IMG/VR virus record: IMGVR_UViG_3300020337_000002
Length of the DNA: 60,484 nt
Reading direction: 5' to 3' (one strand)
Source of the DNA: an uncultured virus (IMG/VR IMGVR_UViG_3300020337_000002)
Taxonomy: Duplodnaviria; Heunggongvirae; Uroviricota; Caudoviricetes
The translations under genes were made by a program, and so were the position numbers. Below, one piece after another: positions 18,894-29,612 of the stretch. The first letter of the stretch is position 1. Every line of letters starts with the position of its first letter. The notes beneath the pieces were generated by a model that worked only from the letters and a program-made list of their open reading frames with translations, was not told where the DNA came from and did no database searches.

Positions 18894-20600
18894 ATGGCGT
18901 TTGATATCAGTAAGTTTTTCCGTAAAGGGCAAAACAACACAATAGAATTTAGAGGCGGTAGTAACCTAAGTTACGCCGGTCCTTCTTCTACACTTGTAGA
19001 AAATGGGACCGAATTAGACCGTTGGTATGTTGGTTCGTATTTCGGCGTAGAATACACTATAGCCTGTGATGTGAACTCAGCACGTAAAGAGATCATTAAA
19101 TGCCTATGTACAGCAAGTACAAGCACAGCAAACATAGTAATATACGGTAGAAGTAACCTAGGTAATGATTTATTACAGCTAGAAGTTGAAGTAACAGATG
19201 CTTACTTTAAACTTATGGCATATCCTAGAGTACAAGATGATTCAACTAGTATAGAAGGTGCAAAAATCATACATAGTGCTAACTATTATGCAACACTAAA
19301 TGAGCCAGGACCTGTTATTGCAGGATCAAGTTCAAGTGCATATTCACCAACTTACACATTATCAAGATCTACTTCACAAGCAAATGAAGGACAATCATTT
19401 AGCATAACACTTATTACAACAAATGTCAATGCAGGTACAACTGTTCCATTTACAATTACTGGAGTACAGAGTGCAGACATTGGAGGAGCAAACCTAACAG
19501 GAAACTTCATAACTGGAACAACAGATACATTTACGTATCCAGTTACATCAGACCTTTCAACAGAAGGTGCAGAAACATTTACAATGACACTTGACAATGA
19601 TCCAGGTGGAACTACAACAAGTGCGGCTGTTCTGTTTAACGATACTTCACAGACTCCTGCTATTTCATACACATTGACTTCTAACTTATCAAATGTTAAT
19701 GAGGGAGATACATTTAGAATTACACTTACAACAGGAAACGTTGATCCGGGTGTTACACTAGATTACACAGTAACAGGTGTTACTGCGGCTGACCTAACAA
19801 CAGGATCACTAACAGGAAGTTTTGTTGTAGGTACAACAGATTATTTTGACTTTACACTTGCTGAAGATACAACAACTGAAGGTGTTGAAAGTTTTAACAT
19901 ACAGTTGAACAACGGACAAGCAACTGCACAGGTACAAATTGCAGATACTTCACAAGCGGCGGCTGTGTCAAGTTACAGCTTGGGTCGTTCTGTTCCAACA
20001 GTTAATGAAGGTGGTAACTTTACAATTACACTTACAACTGAGAATGTTGCAAATGGTACAAGTTTACCTTACACAATTACAGGTGTAACAAGTTCAGATA
20101 TTAACGGAGCGTCATTGACTGGAGACTTTATTGTTGGCTCACAGGAAACATTAAACGTTACTGTGTCATCAGACTTAACAACAGAAGGTTCAGAAGTTTT
20201 CCAACTTGCATTGGATAACGGTGAAGCTACTGTAGGCGTAACCATTGCTGATACATCAATAACTCCAGGTAACAACTATACGATCACGGTTGGTAACGCA
20301 GGTTCAGGATCATACACATTATCAGGTACAGATAGAAATGGTAGTGTAAGTGGAAACAACGCACAGATTAATCTAAATGTTAATGACAACTTAACATTAA
20401 CAATGAATGCGGCAGGGCATCCATTGTATATTAAATCAACAAACGCAACAGGTACAGGTAATCAGGTTACAACACCAGCGGCAGTAGGCCAAGGTGCTTC
20501 TAGCTCAGGTAATATTACTTGGACACCTAATACAGCAGGTACATATCACTATAACTGTCAATACCATAGTAGTATGCACGGCTTGATAGTGGTAAGTTAA
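18894..20600 (+). CDS. Virion protein with three Calx-beta/Ig-like repeats and a C-terminal cupredoxin-like domain
   Basis: Three ~100-aa repeats Y.L.....NEG..F.ITL.T.NV..GT...TEG.E.F...L.N...DTS; C-terminal GHP...GTYHYNCQYHSSM; AATAAATA at 18868-18875. Confidence 0.7.
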   Translation: MAFDISKFFRKGQNNTIEFRGGSNLSYAGPSSTLVENGTELDRWYVGSYFGVEYTIACDVNSARKEIIKCLCTASTSTANIVIYGRSNLGNDLLQLEVEVTDAYFKLMAYPRVQDDSTSIEGAKIIHSANYYATLNEPGPVIAGSSSSAYSPTYTLSRSTSQANEGQSFSITLITTNVNAGTTVPFTITGVQSADIGGANLTGNFITGTTDTFTYPVTSDLSTEGAETFTMTLDNDPGGTTTSAAVLFNDTSQTPAISYTLTSNLSNVNEGDTFRITLTTGNVDPGVTLDYTVTGVTAADLTTGSLTGSFVVGTTDYFDFTLAEDTTTEGVESFNIQLNNGQATAQVQIADTSQAAAVSSYSLGRSVPTVNEGGNFTITLTTENVANGTSLPYTITGVTSSDINGASLTGDFIVGSQETLNVTVSSDLTTEGSEVFQLALDNGEATVGVTIADTSITPGNNYTITVGNAGSGSYTLSGTDRNGSVSGNNAQINLNVNDNLTLTMNAAGHPLYIKSTNATGTGNQVTTPAAVGQGASSSGNITWTPNTAGTYHYNCQYHSSMHGLIVVS

Positions 20601-20628
20601 ATGCAGATAAATACAAGAGGAGAAACAC

Positions 20629-21657
20629 ATGGCAGTTGTTAAGTCACCTTTTGAGGCACAACACGGATTTAAATCTAACGGATTTTTAGTAGATGATCAG
20701 GGTAACGTAACTTTACGTAGTGTAACCTATACGGTTACGGAAGAAGCAACTGATGTATCAGGTGATTACGTTGTAAGAGATGCTGGTGGTAACTTTACAT
20801 TTGACGGAGAATTTGAAGCTGACGGTGTAACATTAAAACTTAATCCTGGCGTAACATTAACCAGAGGTAGTGCATACGTATTCAACTTAATTTTAAGAAG
20901 CACAAACCAAGCAGGTCAAACTCTTGGTAATAATAGTTTCAATGTTTTCCAATCAGATGGAGTAGGTTATACAACTTATGACACGGGGATGTCACATCTA
21001 AGTACGGATCAGACAACCAAGAAAGAAACTAGTGAAGCACAAGGACAATTTTCAGGTAAGGTAACTTTTACAGTTCCAACAAATGCTCCAGAAACTTTGT
21101 ATTACGGAGATGCTGATAACAATCCGATAGGAATATTAACTATCATAGATCCAACCATTACAGGTGTTGGTAGTTTCTCAAGCATTTTAACAACAGGTAA
21201 CATCACAGCACAGGGTGAAAATGCTGTAATAACATTATCACCAACAGGATCATCAGGAACAGTGATAATTAATCCATCAAATGGTGGTACAATTAGCAAC
21301 GTAGATGTTAACGCACAAAGATTAACAACACTAGACAACGTTACACTTAACGGTGAAAATGCAGATATTAGAATTGTTCCTACAGGATCAGCAGGTACGG
21401 TATTAATAAATCCAACAGCAGGTGGTACTATAGACAACATGAATATAGGTGCTACGACACCGGGAACAGTGAGTTCAACAAATTTAATTGCAAGTGCAGG
21501 AACGCTAAATAATACAGTAATAGGTAATACAAAACCAACTAAAGCTGAGTTTACGACTGCAAAAGTACAGCAATCGCCAACTACACAAACGGCGATAGCA
21601 AACAAGAAGTATGTGGATTCAAGAGCGACGGCATTGGCAATAGCATTAGGAAGTTAG
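20629..21657 (+). CDS. Virion/fibre protein
   Basis: GATAAATA at 20606-20613; GAGGAG SD; two internal repeats (GENA.I...PTGS.GTV.INP..GGTI.N); ANKKYVD fibre motif. Confidence 0.65.
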   Translation: MAVVKSPFEAQHGFKSNGFLVDDQGNVTLRSVTYTVTEEATDVSGDYVVRDAGGNFTFDGEFEADGVTLKLNPGVTLTRGSAYVFNLILRSTNQAGQTLGNNSFNVFQSDGVGYTTYDTGMSHLSTDQTTKKETSEAQGQFSGKVTFTVPTNAPETLYYGDADNNPIGILTIIDPTITGVGSFSSILTTGNITAQGENAVITLSPTGSSGTVIINPSNGGTISNVDVNAQRLTTLDNVTLNGENADIRIVPTGSAGTVLINPTAGGTIDNMNIGATTPGTVSSTNLIASAGTLNNTVIGNTKPTKAEFTTAKVQQSPTTQTAIANKKYVDSRATALAIALGS

Positions 21658-21662
21658 AATAA

Positions 21663-24600
21663 ATGGCTAAACAAAAGATAGATACGTATATATTCCAACC
21701 AGGAATTCCTTTAAAGGACAATAGGTATCCTAACGCCTATGAGCTAATTCAAAACAATGTTGAATTTATTTGTGATGAAGTGGTGGCATGGATTGCCGCA
21801 CAGGTATTAGCTAACGCGGCTGACCCAACTAGCTTCTGGTACAACTATACATATAACTCACCAAAGTGTGAAAGAGATACAAGATATAATTTACAAGGTG
21901 TTGACGGTACAGGTGGTATAATCTATGACTTGAGATACAATGGTAATGCTCAAGCACGTTATCTTGCAAGTAAATATTGGATTAATTCTACTCCGCAGAT
22001 TGATGGCGATAGACAACCTGAAATTGCGGCAAAGAACTTTGCAAGAGATTTAATCAACAACTATATTTTACCACAACAGGCTTTTACAACTGCTCAAAGT
22101 CCAATAGTAACTACACAGTATACTAATTCTGCGATTGCTTATGAGTCAGGAGCAGATGCAAGAGTAACTACATTGATGGGAATTATCACAGACGTAATTC
22201 TAAACGGTCTTGATAATGTTCCTGCACTTGATAGAACAGGTATTTCAAGTATCAAGATGCAGACACGTATTCCAACTAATGACTTGCTGTTAATGACAGA
22301 CACTACAAACAACGAAGTTATCTTTAACTTCAGTGATCCAACATTAGGTGCAAGTGTTGAATACCAAACAGACGACACAGAAAAATTAACAAAAGGCGTT
22401 GAAGAAGATTTTCCTAAGTTCTTAGAAAAAACAGGAACAATTACAACTGTTTATCTTGACAAGAATACTGATAACGTTGACTACAGTCCAAAAGCAATAG
22501 CAGTACTAGAAGCAAACAAAGCCTTTATGCAAAAAGAAGCTACGGCTTATATCGCGGCTCAGGTAGCGGCGGCATCAAGCGGAACTTGGTATAACTTTTC
22601 ACACAATACAGCATTAACTGAAAGAGACCTTGGTGCTGAGATTACTGCTTTTACAAACGATATTAAATATGGTGGTAACTCAAGAACATATGATCAAGCA
22701 AGTAAGTATTGGACACAAACTACTCCATACTTTAGCGGAACAAGAGCGGAAGAAGTTGCACTTAGAAACTGGTTATTAAATTTAATCAATACTTACATCT
22801 TAACAAATACAGCATACACTTCACAACAAACAGGTGCAGGTGCAGTATCACAAACTACAATTTTAAGTTTACCTGAACTTGGTGTTCATACAAGAGTAAC
22901 ACAGTTAATAGGAATTACAACTGACGTTATTGCTAACGGCTTAGACGTAAGACCTATTAGAGAAGAAGTTCCACTTTACTACGCATCAGACGAAATACAA
23001 GTTTTCGTTGATCAAGGTGAAACAAGAACAAGACCATTTGACTTTGGTACTGATGCTATTGAACGTATGAGAGTTTCAAACTCCGTATCCATGCTTGATG
23101 CTGACTTTGAATACGGACTACAGCCTACGAAGTGGCAAGCGATTGCTATGCAAAGAGGTTATCCAAGTATTTACGAAGTACCAGGTACTGATAAAGTTGT
23201 TTCAAGTGTTACAACAGACGCTTCAACAGGTACAGGTGGTGTTGGTCAAAGTTTAATTACTGTAACCACAGTTGGTGCTCATGGAATTGAAGCTGGTACA
23301 CCTATTACAATTAAAGCACTTGAAAATAGTGTCCAAGGGGCAAGTAGAGCAGAAGGTTCATTCATTGTATCAACTGTTCCAACATCAGCAACATTTACAT
23401 ATTTTGCGAAATCAAAAGTTGGTGTTAGTAACGGCGAAGTACTTTCAACTTATTATACACAGTTAAGAGAAGCAGGATTTTACACAGGTGCGGCGATTGG
23501 TACTCCAACGTTTGGTATCATATCACAAGGAACAGCAGGTGTATTTACAAACCCATTAGGTGCAACAACAGGTGGAGACAAAGTTACTTGGATTGGTGAC
23601 ACACCAGAGATTGGTGCTCCGATACAAAACGTTGCAGGTCAAATTGCAACAGCAGGTACAATAGGTGCCGCGAATGTAAGTAGAACAGCAGGAACTTACA
23701 CAGGAATAACTGGTAACTCAAGCAGTATTGTTTCAGAATTAATTGTTGGTACATTTGATATTGTCATTGATGGTTCAGGTGCGGCAACAAGTATAACAAA
23801 TTTTAAAGGTGGTAGAAACAACGCGGTAGGCGATACTATCACAGTATTAGACGCTTCATTAGGAGGCGGTGGTGCACCAGCATTAACTTTCCAAGTTGCA
23901 ACTGAAACAGATGGCACAGGTATTGGAAGTGGTGCTCAGGTTACTGTCGTAACAGGTGGTGGTGGAGAAATTGCTACTTGGAACGTTGCAGGTGATTATG
24001 CAACAGGTGTTAACCAGATTGCATTAAGTGATGTAACAGGAATTTTGGCAGGACAAGCCATTGATAGAGGTGATGGTACAGCAATTCATGTATCAAGTAT
24101 TGTTGGTAGTAACGTAAACTTAGACGCAAACACAACACAGGCTATCATTGGTAATAACGTACAATATTCAGCAGTCGCAGGAACAAATTACAACTCCGCA
24201 GGTACTAGTGCAGTATTTGATGTTGACAGAGCTGGCGGAAGTTATACCGCTGTACTAAATGGTACAGGTGGTGATAACTATGAAGTTGGTGATGTTATCG
24301 TTGTACTTGGTAACCAATTAGGTGGTCAAACAGGAACAAATGATTTAATAATAACTGTTGCATCGATTGATTCAAGTGGATCAGTTGTAACATTTACAAC
24401 AGCAGGTTCGGCCTTTGATGGTAATGGAAGTTTCAGTAACATAACTGGACAAAACATGAACGGTAATGGTTTAGGTGCAATATTTGATCTTACATATACA
24501 AACAATTCTTACTCAGTAAGTTTAGCACAGCCAACTTATGCAAACAACGGTACAGGTATTACACAGGGTGGAACAGGTACTGGTTCAGCATTTGATGTCG

Positions 24601-27600
24601 TACTAACAAACAATAACTATACTGTTACTGAAAACGCGGCGGCCACTGATGCTGGATATGTAGCTGGTGACGTAATTAAAATTGGTGGTAATGAATTTGG
24701 CGGTGACGCAACAAACGATTTAACAATTTCAATAACAGCCGTTGATGGTAGTGGTGGTATTACATCATTCAATGCGGCAGGTACTGGCCCTAACGCACAA
24801 AATAACTTTACTGAACCAGCTTATACTTACAGTGGTGTTGGTAGTGGTGCGTCATTTAATGTACAATATAACGGAACAACTTATACTGCAAGTCTTTCAC
24901 AGACAGGTTCAGGATATAGTGCGGCAGAAACTTGTACAATAGATGGTGCAAATATTGGCGGTACTAGCTCAACCAACGATGCTACAATAACTATTGATAG
25001 TGTTGACGGTTCGGGTGTTATTACTGCAATTAGTGTTTCAGGTACAGCAAGTAACAGCAGAACATTTACAAATATAACTTCAGGTTCGAATGTTGTAGGT
25101 GCGGCGGCAACGTTTAATGTTGTTGTTAATTACAATAACAGTTACTCAGTTACATTAGGTAACGAACCAGGTTCAAACTACGGTAGTGGTAACACTATTG
25201 TTATTGCAGGTAACAACTTAGGTGGTACATCACCAGCTAATGACTTGACAATAACAGTTACAGGAATAAACGGTGCAGGTGCTATTACATCATTTAGTTC
25301 AGCAGGTACGGCCGCTGATGCAACATCAGGTTATGCTGTAGGTGATAGATTAAAAATTGAAGGATCAAACATAGGTGGTACAAGTCCAACTAATGATGCT
25401 ATTGTAAAGATAGATGCTGTAAGTGGAACAGGAAGAATTAATACAATTAGTATAACTGGTACAGCACCAGATGCCACTGAAAGTTATAACAATCCAACTT
25501 ATACGTCCAACACAGTTGGTGGTGCAAGTGCAACATTCAACGTTACAAGATTAGATACGGCTTATACGGCATCGGTTCCAGTAGGTGGTTCAGGTTATCT
25601 AGTTGGCGAAGAATTTGTTATACTAGGTAGTGCATTAGGTGGTGTTGACGTAACTAACAACTGTACAATCACAGTAGCAACAGTTGATGCGGGTACTGGA
25701 GAGGTACTAACAGTAACAACTACAGGTACAGCCTTAGATACAAAAACAATTACAGATTTAAGTCAGTTTGATGGAGAAGCAACTAACCTACAAGGTTCTA
25801 CAGCAACATTTGATATTACAATTACAGGTGGAACATATAGTTATGCAATAAACACTCCAGGTACAGGTTACTATGCAGATCAAAATATTAAAATTCAAGG
25901 TAACCAAATAGGTGGTGCAACTCCGGCCAACGATATTACAATTAATATTACAAGTGTTGGTACAGGTGGAGACATTACAGGTATTAGTGGTAGTGGTACT
26001 GGTCCAGGAGGAACAGCAAGTTATACAGCAGTACCGGGATCAAACTTACAGAACAATGGTTCTAATGCAACGTTTAATATTACAAGAAACAGTGGAGCAT
26101 ATTCAACTGCAATAGTTAGTAACGATGGTATTAACTATCAAGTAGGAAACAAAATTAAAATCTTAGGTACAAGTTTAGGTGGACAAACTCCAACTAACGA
26201 TGCCACAATAGCAATAACTGAAGTTGCAACAGATGGTGGTGTTGTTGCTGTAACAAGTTCAGGTACGGCAGTAGCAGGTACGGTTGTTAAATCATATTCA
26301 ACTGTAACTATGTCAGAGAATTTAACAGCAGATATTCCACAAAACACTACAATACAATTTGCGGCATTGGCAACTGTTGAAGTTACATTTACAACTGCAC
26401 ATGGATTGATTCCAGGAGATGCATTTATTGTTACACAGAGTACAGACGATGGTGTAAACAATCACACATTATTAGAAGGTCCGTTCTTTGCACAGCAGGT
26501 TCCAACAACAACTTCATTGAGATATCAGTGTAGAGCGGCAGGAGCCATTGGTAGTGTTGGTGACATTAATGCTATATTGTATCCAAGACCAGATTCGTTC
26601 TTTGTACACAGACCATATGATGGAGGTGTACAGCTAGGAACGGGAGGACCACAACACGGTGCTCAAGCAATTAGACAGAGTAAAAAATATATTAGATATC
26701 AATCAGGTAAGGGTATTATGTATACCACTGGTGCTCTATTTGCCCCATCCTATGATTTGTTAAACGTAACAGCAGATGCAGTAGCGGCAGGATCGTTTAT
26801 TAATGTAACTACAGATGATGTTGATCACGGATTACAAGTTGGTGGTAGAATTAGATTAATTGGTATTGAAACACCAGGTTATAACGGAGATTATTCAGTA
26901 TCAAGTATTACTGATGAAAGAACATTTAAAGTTATTGCAACAACAGGACTAGGATCAACAACTCCTGTATTAAGTCCAAAAGCTCAAGTATCATTGCTTA
27001 ACTGGCATGGTGCAACTGTACGTTCAGGTGCATTTGATGATCAGAATGGTATCTTTATGGAGTATGATGGATCAAACTATAATGCTGTACAAAGAACTTC
27101 AACATTACAGTTATCAGGTACAATATCATTAGCAGTTGACAGTAACGCAGTTACAGGTACAGCAACAAGATTTAGAGATCAAGTTAAAGCAGGTGATAGA
27201 GTTGTTATCAAAGGTATGACACACGTTGTATCACAGGTAAACAGTCAAACATCAATGAATGTTACTCCAGACTTTAGAGGTGTAACTCCTGCAAGTGGAG
27301 CCAAGTTATGTTTGGTTGCAGATAAGAAATCAAAACAAGCAGACTTTAACGGTGACGTATTAGACGGTACAGGATCATCAGGTTACATTTTAGATATTTC
27401 TAAGATGCAGATGATTGGGATACAGTACAGTTGGTATGGAGCTGGATTTATCGATTGGATGCTCAGAGGTGATGATGGTAACTTTATTTTCTATCACAGA
27501 ATGAGAAACTCAAACGTTAACACAGAAGCATTTATGAGAACTGGTAATATGCCGGTTAGATACGAAGTATCAAATGAAGGTCCTAATGATAGATTAGCGG

Positions 27601-29036
27601 CTGACATGACAGATGCACAGGTAACTATTCCGTTAGAAGATGCTAGTTTCTTCCCAGGAGGCGGTGGAACAGTTATCATTGATAACGAAATGATTCAGTA
27701 CACAGGTATTAACGGTGATACGTTAACAGGTTGTACTAGAGCGGCACCATTAACAAACTTTGCCGCAGGAGCAACAAGAACTTATACGGCGGGTGTTGCC
27801 GCAACGCACACATCACGTACTGGTGTTATATTGATTAGTAATACTATTACACCAATCATATCACACTGGGGATCAGCATTCCAAACAGACGGTGGATTTG
27901 ATAGTGATAGAGGTTACATCTTTTCATATACTTCTACTGCAAACACAATTAGTACAACAAGAAATACGGTTTTCATGTTAAGACTAGCACCTAGTGTATC
28001 AAACGCAATCGTTGGTGACTTGGGTGAAAGAGAATTATTAAACAGAGCACAGTTACTACTAGAAGGTATTGAAATAACATCAGACGGTACTGATGCTAGT
28101 AATAATCCAATTACTGGAGGAATTGTTGTTGAAGGAATTCTAAATCCACAAAACTATCCACTTGATCCAGGTGACGTTGGTTGGGCTTCCTTAACAGGAG
28201 CGGCGGCTGGTGGACAACCAAGTTTTGCTCAAATAGCCCCGGGTGGTTCTGTTGTATGGTCAACAGGTGCAACACAGATTATTAAAAATGCAACAACGGT
28301 TGCAGAGATGACACTTGACGTAACATCAGCATATAGTAGAAACAATACAAACTATCACTTTATTACATCGGGTTCGTATAACACGGCAGACAATTCAGGA
28401 CTACAAACTGGTCTAACAGTAACAGCAACTGGTAATGGATCACCGTCAGACTTTCCAACTGGTACAACACTTGCACAGATTTATAGTTACTACAATCCAC
28501 CACTATTGAGATTTAATAATAGAAACAGTGGCGGTCAAATTAGTTCAAATGAAACTATTACAATGTCAATTAACCCAGGTGGTAATTTAGATAGAACGAA
28601 CTTCTTGTACTTTACAAAAACAAGTTGGGAATCAACTGGTGCTATTGCAGGTACTGAGATAAGTGACAGTAAGTTTCCGGGAGGTACATACGTTTCTGGT
28701 GTACAAGGACCACTAAACTTTGGTGGTGTAGAATATTACAGAATTACATTTACGCAGAACTCCAATACTAATATTACCGCAGGAAGTACTGTAGGGTTCT
28801 TATTTGGACAACCTCCATATGCACAGCCAGGTGAAACAGTATTTTCATTTATTGCTACACCAGGTGAACAGTCATCCTTGATGTTAGGTACGTTGAAAGA
28901 ATTAACAAATACAACGTTAGGTGGACGAGGTACGTTCCCGAACGGTCCAGACGTTTTAGCTATTAACGTTTATAAAGCTGAAGGTGTAGATACCAAAGCG
29001 AATATCATTCTAAGATGGGGTGAAGCTCAGGCGTAA
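21663..29036 (+). CDS. Giant virion structural/fibre protein (2457 aa)
   Basis: Two helical KCERD-type domains; eight ~85-aa Gly/Thr beta repeats; DADFEYGLQPTKW and RQSKKYIRYQSGKG blocks. Confidence 0.8.
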   Translation: MAKQKIDTYIFQPGIPLKDNRYPNAYELIQNNVEFICDEVVAWIAAQVLANAADPTSFWYNYTYNSPKCERDTRYNLQGVDGTGGIIYDLRYNGNAQARYLASKYWINSTPQIDGDRQPEIAAKNFARDLINNYILPQQAFTTAQSPIVTTQYTNSAIAYESGADARVTTLMGIITDVILNGLDNVPALDRTGISSIKMQTRIPTNDLLLMTDTTNNEVIFNFSDPTLGASVEYQTDDTEKLTKGVEEDFPKFLEKTGTITTVYLDKNTDNVDYSPKAIAVLEANKAFMQKEATAYIAAQVAAASSGTWYNFSHNTALTERDLGAEITAFTNDIKYGGNSRTYDQASKYWTQTTPYFSGTRAEEVALRNWLLNLINTYILTNTAYTSQQTGAGAVSQTTILSLPELGVHTRVTQLIGITTDVIANGLDVRPIREEVPLYYASDEIQVFVDQGETRTRPFDFGTDAIERMRVSNSVSMLDADFEYGLQPTKWQAIAMQRGYPSIYEVPGTDKVVSSVTTDASTGTGGVGQSLITVTTVGAHGIEAGTPITIKALENSVQGASRAEGSFIVSTVPTSATFTYFAKSKVGVSNGEVLSTYYTQLREAGFYTGAAIGTPTFGIISQGTAGVFTNPLGATTGGDKVTWIGDTPEIGAPIQNVAGQIATAGTIGAANVSRTAGTYTGITGNSSSIVSELIVGTFDIVIDGSGAATSITNFKGGRNNAVGDTITVLDASLGGGGAPALTFQVATETDGTGIGSGAQVTVVTGGGGEIATWNVAGDYATGVNQIALSDVTGILAGQAIDRGDGTAIHVSSIVGSNVNLDANTTQAIIGNNVQYSAVAGTNYNSAGTSAVFDVDRAGGSYTAVLNGTGGDNYEVGDVIVVLGNQLGGQTGTNDLIITVASIDSSGSVVTFTTAGSAFDGNGSFSNITGQNMNGNGLGAIFDLTYTNNSYSVSLAQPTYANNGTGITQGGTGTGSAFDVVLTNNNYTVTENAAATDAGYVAGDVIKIGGNEFGGDATNDLTISITAVDGSGGITSFNAAGTGPNAQNNFTEPAYTYSGVGSGASFNVQYNGTTYTASLSQTGSGYSAAETCTIDGANIGGTSSTNDATITIDSVDGSGVITAISVSGTASNSRTFTNITSGSNVVGAAATFNVVVNYNNSYSVTLGNEPGSNYGSGNTIVIAGNNLGGTSPANDLTITVTGINGAGAITSFSSAGTAADATSGYAVGDRLKIEGSNIGGTSPTNDAIVKIDAVSGTGRINTISITGTAPDATESYNNPTYTSNTVGGASATFNVTRLDTAYTASVPVGGSGYLVGEEFVILGSALGGVDVTNNCTITVATVDAGTGEVLTVTTTGTALDTKTITDLSQFDGEATNLQGSTATFDITITGGTYSYAINTPGTGYYADQNIKIQGNQIGGATPANDITINITSVGTGGDITGISGSGTGPGGTASYTAVPGSNLQNNGSNATFNITRNSGAYSTAIVSNDGINYQVGNKIKILGTSLGGQTPTNDATIAITEVATDGGVVAVTSSGTAVAGTVVKSYSTVTMSENLTADIPQNTTIQFAALATVEVTFTTAHGLIPGDAFIVTQSTDDGVNNHTLLEGPFFAQQVPTTTSLRYQCRAAGAIGSVGDINAILYPRPDSFFVHRPYDGGVQLGTGGPQHGAQAIRQSKKYIRYQSGKGIMYTTGALFAPSYDLLNVTADAVAAGSFINVTTDDVDHGLQVGGRIRLIGIETPGYNGDYSVSSITDERTFKVIATTGLGSTTPVLSPKAQVSLLNWHGATVRSGAFDDQNGIFMEYDGSNYNAVQRTSTLQLSGTISLAVDSNAVTGTATRFRDQVKAGDRVVIKGMTHVVSQVNSQTSMNVTPDFRGVTPASGAKLCLVADKKSKQADFNGDVLDGTGSSGYILDISKMQMIGIQYSWYGAGFIDWMLRGDDGNFIFYHRMRNSNVNTEAFMRTGNMPVRYEVSNEGPNDRLAADMTDAQVTIPLEDASFFPGGGGTVIIDNEMIQYTGINGDTLTGCTRAAPLTNFAAGATRTYTAGVAATHTSRTGVILISNTITPIISHWGSAFQTDGGFDSDRGYIFSYTSTANTISTTRNTVFMLRLAPSVSNAIVGDLGERELLNRAQLLLEGIEITSDGTDASNNPITGGIVVEGILNPQNYPLDPGDVGWASLTGAAAGGQPSFAQIAPGGSVVWSTGATQIIKNATTVAEMTLDVTSAYSRNNTNYHFITSGSYNTADNSGLQTGLTVTATGNGSPSDFPTGTTLAQIYSYYNPPLLRFNNRNSGGQISSNETITMSINPGGNLDRTNFLYFTKTSWESTGAIAGTEISDSKFPGGTYVSGVQGPLNFGGVEYYRITFTQNSNTNITAGSTVGFLFGQPPYAQPGETVFSFIATPGEQSSLMLGTLKELTNTTLGGRGTFPNGPDVLAINVYKAEGVDTKANIILRWGEAQA

Positions 29037-29612
29037 TTATTTTACGTTGAAAGCTATAACAGTCCTAATACAATCTTTTTTACTAGGTAATACAGTATGT
29101 TTCAAGTAACTAGGGAACATTAGTATTCTTCCTTTAACAGGTTGATATACATATTCTTGCCACGAGTAAGGTGCGTTCTCTTTCATTGTATGTCCGTATT
29201 CTACAAAAGGATTTGGATTTCTAAACATTATTCCTCCTGCACTTTCATTAGCACGAACATAATACACACCGCTTATTTGTCCTACGTTATGATGATGTTC
29301 ATTATGAATATCACCTTCTTTGTAATCTTGTGTCCACCAGTTATATGAATAACCTTCATGTATTCTATTCATTGCATTTTTGTTTTGAAAGTTTGTAACG
29401 CACATATCTATTTCTGATTTTAATTCTGGAGTATCGTATCTTAGATCTATGACTTTATCTTTTTCAAAATAGTCAGTGGCATGGGGAGCATTTTCATCTG
29501 GTCTTTGTAATTGATCAACACGTTCCTCTACAAGTTTTTCTACTTGATTAGCTACCCAGACAGGAACATCATGTACAAGTATACCAGTTGGAAATATGTT
29601 TTCGTATTTCAT
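29037..29612 (-). CDS. 2OG-Fe(II) oxygenase-like protein
   Basis: H.H...ISGVYY...FPSYLKH.V...R.VIAFN signature. Confidence 0.8.
   Translation of the reverse strand: MKYENIFPTGILVHDVPVWVANQVEKLVEERVDQLQRPDENAPHATDYFEKDKVIDLRYDTPELKSEIDMCVTNFQNKNAMNRIHEGYSYNWWTQDYKEGDIHNEHHHNVGQISGVYYVRANESAGGIMFRNPNPFVEYGHTMKENAPYSWQEYVYQPVKGRILMFPSYLKHTVLPSKKDCIRTVIAFNVK

Noticed and set aside
2372..27679. Many 60-190 aa antisense and alternate-frame ORFs inside the large structural genes (e.g. 5351..5929, 8774..9145, 21102..21605)
   Set aside because: Shadow ORFs produced by Thr/Gly/Ala-rich codon patterns; no SD, promoter or recognisable motifs
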